Of a stretch of 64,000 nt of DNA, positions 53,464-64,000 are shown piece after piece. Numbering within the stretch: the first letter of the stretch is position 1; the number at the start of each line of letters is the position of its first letter. Below the pieces are notes generated by a model. That model did not search any database and was not told where the DNA came from. It saw nothing but the letters and a program-made list of their open reading frames with translations. Both the position numbers and the translations under genes were made by a program. Location of the stretch: NCBI RefSeq assembly GCF_006345805.1, contig NC_042999.1:34596001-34660000 (forward strand). Direction: 5' to 3'. This DNA is from Octopus sinensis (taxonomy: Eukaryota).

Positions 53464-54703
53464 AACAACAAACAAGATGAGCACAAATATCCGTCAGATG
53501 TAAATAATGTAAATAGTATAAATAATGATCAGTTACTTAGTTCTAACCTTCGGGTGTCACGAACAGAGTCGAGAGCTTCTTTTTTTTAATTACCGATGTC
53601 CATTGTCCGTAGTCTTTACAGGACCTTCAAGACGAGTTACATTGATACCATTAACATTAGTATTTATTTACACGTCAACATATTCAGAGAGACCGGGGCA
53701 TATAGCGTATTTAGGGAACTCTCATTCTGGAAAACAATGAGGAAAAGAATGACTAGTGGTTCGGAAATGCATGAGCCAGGGTTGTATCCGCTCACCTAAC
53801 TCTGAGGAGCAGAGGCTATTATCGCATCAGTAGAAAAGGCAGAGAATGTAGGCAGCGTGCAAGTAGGAGAAATGTTCGAATGTGTCAGTAAGTGACTTAT
53901 TAGCTAGATTGTCTTTCTCTTGAAACCTTCTAAGAAGTATGTTCATGTTGCAAGTAGTTGAAGCAGAGGTCCATCAAGGGGACAGCTTCCATTTCTGGAG
54001 GAAATTACACATCCCTTATCATATTCATTCTTCCGCTGAAAAAACCTGAAAAATATTTTCTTTAAATTGAGACTACGTTTAACAATAGAATTCTTATTAA
54101 ATATTTCAAAAAAAAATTAGAAATTTGATTCATACCGCCGTGTTTCACTAATTAATTAAATTTCTAGAGCAGTGTTTGTCCTTGACAGCAACATGAATAG
54201 AAAATACAATATTCAACCAAATTATAACGATTGCGACCATACACGATAAACTATTCGTTTTCAGCTGCTTAATATTAATGTACGTTAAGATATACATATT
54301 GTTTTTCCTAAGTTCCTGTCACATTCATTAAATTGACAATTACTGATAAACAGTATGTATTGCAGTGCCGGCAGCGAATTAGAAGGGTCAGCGAGGAAAG
54401 AGATGCGTTGCTAGAGAGAGAAAAACCAGTATGACATTTAATTCTTGTAATGCCCCTGTTGTTTCTTGTCTGCTAGAAATTGATGTACTCAGCAATTCCA
54501 TATGCTTCCTGCAATAATATTTCATTTACTTCAGTATATAATTTCATTAGGATATTGCACATTTTCCTGACCTGAAGGCAATTATTATTCACATTAGAGT
54601 AAAATATGTTGGCGTGCATAATGAACACCCAGCCAAGTGGTTTGGTTTTCAATATCACACTGCGAAAACTTGAGTAAGTGCTTTCTGTAGTCCGCCGTAT
54701 CTA

Positions 54704-55563
54704 CGAGGTCTGATCAACAACTATCCGGACTGCTGCTATAGTAACAAAGATAAAACACATAGAGTAAACAGCTTGCTACATATTGACCTTGAACTCTGTT
54801 GTCCAAGCATACTAAGTTTTAACATTCTAGCTCACTTCTGCTGTTTGGAAGAAAGGTGTGTAGCGTGTGATCGTCAAATTGACAACAGCAGAGAAATTTG
54901 CCATGACGATAATGCTCAGAGGCCTACGCAATGTTGCAAAAAGTGTATGGAGAGGAGTGTGCGAATGGGCAGGACGTTACCAATATGGACGAAAAAAATG
55001 TCGATAGTGACGAACGTGGCCGGAGACCCACAACCAGTAGAATTGAGAAAAACTTTGCAGATGTACGTGCAGCTGTGAGGGGAAATCGTCGAATCACCAT
55101 CCGTGAGCCATGAGAGAATATGCAGATTAGTTACGTTTCAGTTCAGTCCATTATCACTGAAGACTTGGGTATGGGACGCGTGACTGCCAACTTTGTGAGA
55201 AAATTGCTTTCAACTGACCAAAGCGACACTCGCGTTTCGGTTGCACAAGATATTGATTGTGTCGAGAACTATGAAAACGTTTTGAAAACTTTGCGTATAC
55301 CTCTGAGCAAGTATCACCAAGATGTTGGAAAAATTAGATGCAGATTCTCTGCTCAGCATTTTCTGCCATATTCAATGCGACGATCACACGCTACACACCT
55401 TCCATCCAAGCACTTCTGTAATCACCGAAATTGGGCTATGACTTTACACCTTTGTGCGCAAATACAATAGAATTCAATGTCAATATGTGTCAAGCAGCTT
55501 TACTCTGCGTACCTGACCTTCGTTACTATGGCAACAGTCCAGATACCCGTTGATTAGACCACA
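54704..55563 (+). mobile_element. Internally deleted mariner (860 bp) with TIRs and TA TSD
   Basis: TA|CGAGGTCTGATCAAC...TTGATTAGACCACA|TA; ADVRAAVRGNRRITIRE...IITEDLGMGRVTANFVRKLL. Confidence 0.85.
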
Positions 55564-55583
55564 TATTTGTTTTTATGTGTGTG

Positions 55584-55617
<34 letters not shown>

Positions 55618-55727
55618 GTATATATATACAACGGGAAGGTTTACGAAAATAAACAAAAGACGAAGGCAGGTGGAGTACAAACAAACAAATGTATTAGTAT
55701 GGCGCTCAGGAATAGAAATAGAACAAG

Positions 55728-55765
55728 TCTTTTACGTTTCTAGCCTACGCTCTTCGACAGAAAGA
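55728..55765 (-). ncRNA. Minimal hammerhead variant (family 3, CUGUCGA core)
   Basis: TCTTT-CTGTCGA-A-GAGC-gtag-GCTA-GAAACGT-A-AAAGA; stem I covaries with the 46098 copy. Confidence 0.62.
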
Positions 55766-55970
55766 TACACAGAAAAAAACAAGGAGAGAAACAAGGAGAG
55801 AAAAAATGCGTGTAGGAGCTAACGATCTAACATGGCGTTCTGACTTCGGGCGACTTCGGGCAGAGGTCAGAGGTCAGACGCTAGAGGGACAGTAGGGGAG
55901 ATAACAGGGTCAAGAGACTTCCAAAACGAAGATAGCCCCAACACAAAGGTGCGTGTGTGTATAAGAGAGT

Positions 55971-56055
<85 letters not shown>

Positions 56056-56767
56056 ATAACAAATTAATAAATAAAACATATGCATACATATATGTACGTA
56101 CCTACATCTATATGTATATATACATGTATATATGGGTACAGGACACCAAAGAAACGTCGAACACAATGAGAAACGAAAACATAAACACAAAACCAAGGAG
56201 ATGGACATTTTTCTTAGACAACGAAAAACAGAGTACAAGACATACAACACAAGAAAAATTCCCCTTCTCCAGCCGCCTCTGTTTCATCTATTCCGCGTTT
56301 CGAATGCTTCTGGGTATGACTCTAACAACACCATTTATCGAGTACTGAGAGACTTATAAGTAAGAAATTGAGGGTAGAGGAATTAATGACAAAGACCTTG
56401 AAGCTAGTGTCCAATCACTGAAAACAATAAAAAGAACAAAAGAATAATATTCTTTGACATTTTTACCAAATCTGAAAGTACTTTGGCAATACAGACATGA
56501 GATTATATTATTAACTATTTATTCGTTTTTGCCATTGTATGTTGAAAAACTATAATGTTACTCTACTCTCTATAAAAAAAATTGGAGAATGTAATCTCTA
56601 TTTAAAGACAAACTGCAGAAATAACGTTCCAAAGATTTGTTTCCTGAAATACGAAAAAACAGCATTTTTCTAGTAAACACATCAGAATCAATGAAAATTA
56701 CGTGTATATGTAACTATGTACACTCACACACAAACACACACACACACATCACACACATATATTTACA

Positions 56768-57450
56768 CAGACTGCGATAGGTAAATTGTCCCCATTTTAT
56801 ATATTTTTTAATTTCATAACTTGTTTATAATTATCTCGATTACACAGTATTGTAGAGTCAGTTGGCCACCGTATGTAGGAAAGACAGCACCATGACACAG
56901 TTTACTCTGCAGCAAATTTCGAAATCAGATGCTGTAACGCTTGACATTCGCGCCAGAAGCTCCAATGCGAACATTTCAGAGTATTTGGGTATAAATCTGA
57001 GAACTGTGCAGAAGATACGGAAAGCATTGGATGAGACTGATGGTGCTTACGAAACTATGGCGTCTCGGAAACCATACTCGATGGTTTTGATAAGAAAAGA
57101 ACTCCTGAATTTGTTGCTGAGATCCAGACCATGATTCACAACGATCCCTCGAAGTCACTCAGCTCCATCACCAGGGACATAGGAGTGTCTGAGTTTCTTA
57201 TCCGGCAGCTAGTACATGCAAGCACTCGATATTCGTCGTACAAGATGAGAAAGGGCCAATTTTTTCCCAAGCCCTCAAGGACGAGAGGAAAACCTGCTTT
57301 ACGAAGCTTTTGAACAAACTCAAGCATCCCCTCCAATCGAACATGCTTTGTTTTTTTCAGACTTGAGAAATTTCTGCCAGGATCAGAGGGTGAACAAGCA
57401 GAACAACCGTTGGCTTGCCGTGTCCTCAAATCAAACATCCAGTCAACATC
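56768..57450 (+). mobile_element. 5' half of a DD37D-like Tc1/mariner copy
   Basis: Homologous to 8731-8960 plus HTH/first-D region (KLKHPLQSNMLCFFSDLRNFCQDQRVNKQNNRWLA...IKHPVNI). Confidence 0.85.
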
Positions 57451-57991
57451 AGCCAACATCAATATTATATATAAGATTAACTGAGTTAGAGGTTAAATAA
57501 CCGGCTAAGGGATAGAAATATCCATTATACTACCGGTATATTTTTTAATTTCATAACTTGTCTATAATTATCTCGATTATGTTTAACCATGGTAATATAT
57601 ATGTAAGCATATTATGCTCATAAATTATAGGTGAAGACAGGGTTAGACATCTGTTTATTAAAAATCAAAATTTAAAGAAAATAGAAAATGGAGAATTATT
57701 GATGAAAAACTATTGACTTACATCAATTATTATTTATTTGTATAATGCAAATAGACTGCATCCCACCTAACAGAGGTTTCTACCTCCAACGTTGTATGGT
57801 ATTGCCATTAATATGCGAAATATATTTTTACAAATTTTGTAAAAAAGCGATCTGAAACATGGAGTTTTAACACAGTGAAGAATACATACAAAAAAGAGTT
57901 TAAAGAAGAAGACGGAGAAGTTGAATATTGTTGCAATCATACCATTATGCTTGTGTATCTCTTTGGGACGTTAAGTAAATGACGAAACATA

Positions 57992-58767
57992 AAATAGTAT
58001 TTGGTGGGTTAATCCTTTGCACGGGACCGGAAAGTATGGATAAACAAATATATAAAAAGAAATAATAGTTGGATACGCCAATAGGTTTTAATCGGGATGA
58101 AGACCCAATAAGATTTTAAATTAATCATAATAATTTTTGATACTTATGTTTCTAGTACTAATTAATAGTTTTTATCATTATAAAGTGCTAATTGATTATA
58201 TATAATTTTGAATTCATTACTAGGTGGTTAAACCCATCCTCAACTTTTGGGCCAATTTCACCCCCAACCCTCTTATTTCCTAAATATTCAAATAGGTTTC
58301 TCTCTTAATATTTATTCCATAATATTTATTTTTTAATCTAATATATACTATCTTAAGCGTTTTTTGGGACCCTTACAACGTACGCCAGTTTCCCATTCAT
58401 TAATTTATTTATCTTACGCCATGTAGTGGTCTCAATAGCTGCTGTTTTGTTTTTAAATTTCAACCAACCAATTATATCGAACGTTGAACCTTGACCTATC
58501 TTACTTCGGATAACAGGCGGAAAGGGTTAACCACCTACTAGTAAATAAAAAATTACATTTCATCGATTAACACTTTATTACAATAAATAGTATTAATTAG
58601 TACTATAAACATAATTATTAAAATTTATTATGATTAAATTAAAACCTTATTGTATCTTCACCCCGTTCTCCCACTAAAACCTATTGGCGTATCCCACTAT
58701 TACTTTTTTATTTATTTGTTCACCCTATCCACCACTGTGCAAAGGATTAATCCACCAAATACTATTT
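57992..58767. mobile_element. AT-rich fold-back element with ~245-bp imperfect inverted arms
   Basis: 57992-58237 vs 58524-58767 share in inverted order AAATAGTATTTGGTGG, TTAATCCTTTGCAC, GGATACGCCAATAGGTTTTA, TAATCATAATAA, AGTACTAATTAATA and AGGTGGTTAA. Confidence 0.75.
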
Positions 58768-59628
58768 CGTGAACTTTCCATTCGGTACAAGTTGTTTCCA
58801 TTTGTCAGAATATTTAAGCTTATTATCAGAAAGCTGAAATACAATAAAGGTTGTCCAAGTGGGCGCATACCCTTACTAAGAATTAATACAATCACTTAGA
58901 AGGAAATTAGCAACTTGTTGCTTGGTCAATACACAAAAAGCCATTGCATGTCAAACATATATCGACTAATGAAAAGATAGGTCGAAAGTAAATCGTATGA
59001 GAGTGTGCCTGGTTAATGGCTTTTCTCGGTTTGAAGTTATAATATCAATAACACGAAATATACACTATTCTGTAGCAGTATAATTTGATCTCAGAAAGGT
59101 GATTAATTATTAACCCCACCTATGGTTTCCTAGTTGCTATCTGCGAAATATTCACAACGTTCTGTTTAGATATATCAATTGCGTCTTATGCCTGTCGCAG
59201 CTCTTCTGTTTATAGGCATGATATCTATAATAGTTTCACTTGTAAACATACAGCTTATATATTCTCGTTTACAATAGTAAGTGACGCTAATACAAACGTA
59301 AAACGCAATTAGATTGTTAACGATATAAGAAAATGTATTGACAATACATTCAAGCACGAAAATCAGGTGTTCTTTGAATGTGCAACTTACACTGGTGTGG
59401 GGGCAGAATTTGACAAACTCATCGTTTATATTTGATATTTGAATGCAGAAATCTAGACAGTACTTCAGACGCCAAATACTTAAAAACTACATACATACAC
59501 CCACTCGTTATATCTTTCTCTTCCCTCTCAATCCCCTCTCTCGCTCTCGTTCTTTATCTCTCACTTTCTCCCTCTCTCTCTCTATATATATGTGTATATA
59601 TATATTATATATATATATATAATATATA

Positions 59629-59661
<33 letters not shown>

Positions 59662-59734
59662 CATGTCTGTGTTATATACATGTTTGTGTGTGTGTGAGCA
59701 CGTATATATATAATATATATATATATGTATTTAT

Positions 59735-59866
<132 letters not shown>

Positions 59867-60979
59867 CACACAACAGTATGTCTACATACACATTAAACTC
59901 TATTGTAGATTTGAATTCTTTAGTATGTGCTCATTAGTTTAAAATATTGTGCTTTTCAATTTCACTTTATTTTTGGCAAACATGGAACGGAAGAAAGTAA
60001 AGTGCCAAAGAAAACGCAGACGGAAGAGAGAAAAAAGAAAATAGACGAAAGTAAAACAGAGATATATATATATCCGGGTGGCGATATTTTACGGATGTAA
60101 CTATCAATGTCGTTAGCTATAGTTAGATGTATGTAGGAGAGTATGTGTGGGCGAAGAAATACATATGTTTGCTTCTAAACCCATATGTGTAGATTGTTGT
60201 GTATAATCTATAAAATAAATGTGTGTACTAATATTTGTATGCATGTTGTATGCAGGTATATGTATCTATACATACGTGTGTGTGTGTGATTTAGTGAGTG
60301 AACGTGTGTATATCTTCTATATGTTAATTATCATACATCTTCTACTGCTGAGGGGGCCAGTTTGCAACAAAGATACAAGGATTTATCTTCGGTATGCATG
60401 TATGCATGTATGTATGTATGTATGTATGTATGTGTATGCATGCATGTATGTATGTATGTATGTATGTATGTATGTATGTATGTATGTATGTATGTGTGTA
60501 TGTATGTATGTATGTATGTATGTGTGTATGTATGTATGTATGTGTGCATGTATGTATGTATGTGTGTGTCTATGTATATATAGATACGGTAAATTATGTG
60601 TTTCGTGAAAATGTGAAGGTCAGCCTCGATCAAATTGAATGTCCGATTGCTTTTGTTCTATGCCAATGGCATTGTTGTTTTATGGTTTCAGTTCATGGCA
60701 TTTCATTACCATTGTATAATACATCATTTGATTCATTCACTTTATCTCCCCGATTTTCTTGCATTCCTGGACTTTGACATCTTGTCATGATACCATTGCT
60801 CTGCGTTTAGTTTTGAGACTGCGCTGAAGCTGATTAGAGTGATAGGTAGACAGTATCTTACGATAAGACACCGGAAACCATACTATCATAGGTTGCAGAA
60901 TTTATATCTGCCTGCATGTGTATGTATACGTATACATACATACATATATACATACTTATACATGTATATGTATATATAT

Positions 60980-61064
<85 letters not shown>

Positions 61065-61069
61065 TAATA

Positions 61070-61985
61070 TAAGGGTAAATAATAGTTAATTTTAAAAATT
61101 AACAATTATCACCGATAGATTCGGTATGGAAATATAACCATTATCGGTAGGAACTTTTACAAAAAGTTCTTAATATATATATAAACGAATAGGGTTAAGC
61201 AACAAGTTTGCTTAGCCACATACCGAAAATTTAGAAATAGCAGTCAAAGACCGCTTATTCCTATTTTCTACAAATATACCTCCACATATAACATTTACTT
61301 GTAACTCACATATGCGAAAAGAAGGAAAAGTAACAAAAACAAACAGTCTTCGGTTAGTTGTGGATGCGCGTTGGTGTTAGAATTATAAAGAACTCATTCC
61401 CGTCTTCGGCATACCATTCCATTAAGTTATAGATTTGCAAATGCTATTTACGTACCTCTTGCATCCCGATCCCTCGCTATCGGAGATAGCAGGAGAGAGT
61501 CAGCACAAACCAAATCCATATAGACGAATGAATTCGTATTCCCTCCAAAATTACCATGTGTGTTACAAAAGTAGCACCCCAGAAAGAGAACTGTGGTTTG
61601 TTATAAGGGAGTGGAAAATTTTATTATTAATAATATAAGATGTACTTGCGTAGCAAGTGATTTGATCTGAGTTCGTGTGCTGAAACGAAAACAATTGCAG
61701 CGTAGAAGGTGTTTGTAAACCATTTAAGAAACACATAAAAGCCGTTCGATTCACGGTTGCAGCACGGAGTTTTATCAGTGAACAGGTCGCGGTCTTAAAG
61801 CGACGAACATATTTTGACAAATTAAACTTAAATGTTGAAGTGAATCGAACGGCTTTGGTATATAATTATTAATTTTTAAAATTAACAATTATTACATGAG
61901 TAGATTCGGTATAGGAATATAACCATTATCGGTAGGAACTTGCTTAGCCACATACCGAAAATTTAGAAATAGCAGTCAAAGGCCT
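61070..61985. repeat. Direct-repeat pair (61085-61245 / 61865-61980), possibly pLTR-like
   Basis: Shared AAAATTAACAATTAT...AGATTCGGTAT...AATATAACCATTATCGGTAGGAACTT...GCTTAGCCACATACCGAAAATTTAGAAATAGCAGTCAAAG. Confidence 0.75.
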
Positions 61986-63117
61986 AATTCATTTCACTCC
62001 CTCCACTTTTATCTACCATAAAACATGACATCAAAACAAACTGATAACTGTTGTATAAGTTATATAAGTTTATGAATAAAAACCCACCCAAAAGATTATA
62101 CTGTTAACCTAATAATGAATGAATTACAGAAGATTTAACATAAGAATTATTTTGTAGGGTCTTACGAGGGTCATTGCCGTTATGACCTTCAGCTGAATAA
62201 TGAACCGTTTCTTATACGATCAAATTGATTATAATATACTTTTATTAAAAGGATCTTTTTCATTCGCTTCCATTCTTATAATGTAAACTAGCTTAAGGTG
62301 ACCCGCTCTACGCGTGGGTGAGAGTGTGGTTGTTACTTTCTGTTTCTTGCTTTCTGATTTTTATCACCACATTCTCCCTCTTTGTTTCTCTCTCCTTTCT
62401 CTCTCACTTTCCCACTCTCTTACTCTTCCTTTATCTCGGACTCTCCTTCGCTTTCTCTTAACTCTATCTTTCTCTATCTATCTGTCTCCCATTTATAAGC
62501 AACAAAAGATCTTGAGTAAGTTGAGAAATAAAATATTTTGCAAGATCAATCATAAATATCAGGCAGTGACAACGGAAATGGCTGATTCAAGGCAGACAGC
62601 AAAACACTAACATTTAAAAGGGACTGACGAACTTACGAGCTCAACAAAAATAAAAAAATATTGGAAACCAAAGTTTGAAGGGATAGAATCTGAGGATAGT
62701 AGAGTTACCATGGCTGGCATTTCTTAACAACGGACAGCAACGTAGTGGTAGTTTAATGGCTGGCGTAAAATTTTGAACTTGATGTAAAAGAAAATTCCTA
62801 AACACCAAATTTTGAAGTGATTCTTTCTCACGACAGTAGACTCACCATGGCAAGCATTCAAAACTTCATCGTGGACGACAACACATTGATAATTTAAAGG
62901 CTGGCGCAAATTTTTTAGCTTGATGTAGTAGAGAATTCCTAAACGCCCGGTCCTGTAAATTTTAATCCCCTTCCAGCCACATTTAGACCCTTTTTCACAT
63001 GTTAGTTAATATAACCCGATTTCACTCGGGTCTACTCGGGCGACATTTTATAAGATGAGGAACCTCAACCGACCACATAATGCACACATTATATGTATAT
63101 ATATATATATAATGCAC

Positions 63118-63164
<47 letters not shown>

Positions 63165-64000
63165 ATACAGATATATACACTTTGTATATATACATTATAT
63201 ATACATATTTATATATATAAAACTCACACACAAACACAAATATATAAATTAACCCAATAAATATCCTGATTCATATTTGTTCTCATGATTGTGTGGTGGT
63301 GGTGGTGGTGGTGGCGATGATAATTCTCTCTATGAATGCAGACAGACATACAGAGAGTCAGAGAGAGGGAGGTGGTGGAGGAAAGAGGGACAGCGCTGGC
63401 GAAGGCGGCGGGGGAAAATAGTAGTATCTGTCAAACGTCGTTATAGAGAGAAGGTGATGGGAAGGGAGGAAACAGAGAGAGAGAGACGGAGGAAGACATG
63501 CAGATAAGAGAATGAGAGGAGACTTGTCAATGTATGCGTTTTTTGCCCTAGTAACGACATCTTTTAAGATAGGGATTTCTAATCTAGCTCACTCACATCC
63601 TCACGTCATATTACATGTCCCTGTAAATTTTGGAGTCAATCCGTTCCAATGCCAAAACCAGACAAACAAACTTTTCGCATTTCAGATTTATAGACATTGA
63701 TGATAACGGTCTGACTGCAACAGTGAGCTATTGCATGCTTAAAATCTATTTGGGGAAAAGTTTGGGAATTTTCTCACACAGGCTGGTCATCAATAAATAT
63801 AGTTTCTGATACACATATGTACGCGCAACAACCCACTAACTAATCGATTCTTTGTTCAATAAGCTGGTTAAAAATTCGTCAGCGTTAGTGTAAAGCGAGA
63901 GAACGGGAAAAGAAGGACAAAATGCTCAACGAATGGAAGTTAGAATCTAGAGGTGGTTGGTTTTCAAACTAAGTCCTTTCATCGCTATCGTTACCACTTC

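Noticed and set aside
53775-53830. CTGAGGA...GAAA as a hammerhead
   Set aside because: No stem II, stem III or stem I pairing could be formed.
56240-56320. CTGGAGA and GAAACGCGG pieces (minus strand) as a fourth hammerhead
   Set aside because: The motifs are in the wrong order and no stem II closes.
62995-63045. ACCCGA...TCGGGT hairpin as a Helitron 3' end
   Set aside because: No matching TC 5' end or homologous copy in the window.

Overview
Animal genomic DNA that is very AT-rich and dense in microsatellites ((TA)n, (CA)n, (TATG)n, (GATA)n, (TAA)n, (CTT)n). The tRNA-derived SINE repertoire and a GC-rich, divergent 18S V4 fragment fit a cephalopod (octopus-like) genome; this is recognition, not a database result. 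I found no convincing host protein-coding exon, and most ORF-track entries are microsatellite artefacts. Transposable elements present: a Tx1/L1-clade fragment; a near full-length frameshifted CR1-clade LINE whose ORF1 appears to combine a Myb/SANT-like (trihelix) domain, polyQ and two CCCH-type fingers; many R4/Dong-like RLE LINE pieces in (TAA)n; DD37D-type and other mariner remnants; MITEs; two non-autonomous Helitrons; several SINE families. RNA genes: one tRNA-Leu(TAA) and an orphan 18S rRNA fragment. The main signal is a Penelope-like element (PLE)/hammerhead system. A 5'-truncated but open RT + GIY-YIG ORF (34186-36054) lies inside a 5.6-kb palindrome with 1.63-kb inverted arms, each ending in a minimal type I hammerhead. 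Two further hammerhead families occur on non-autonomous repeats: one on a tRNA-box SINE-like element, and one with a non-canonical CUGUNGA core supported by stem covariation. The same architecture (5' truncation plus an inverted copy of the 3' end) recurs at several scales.
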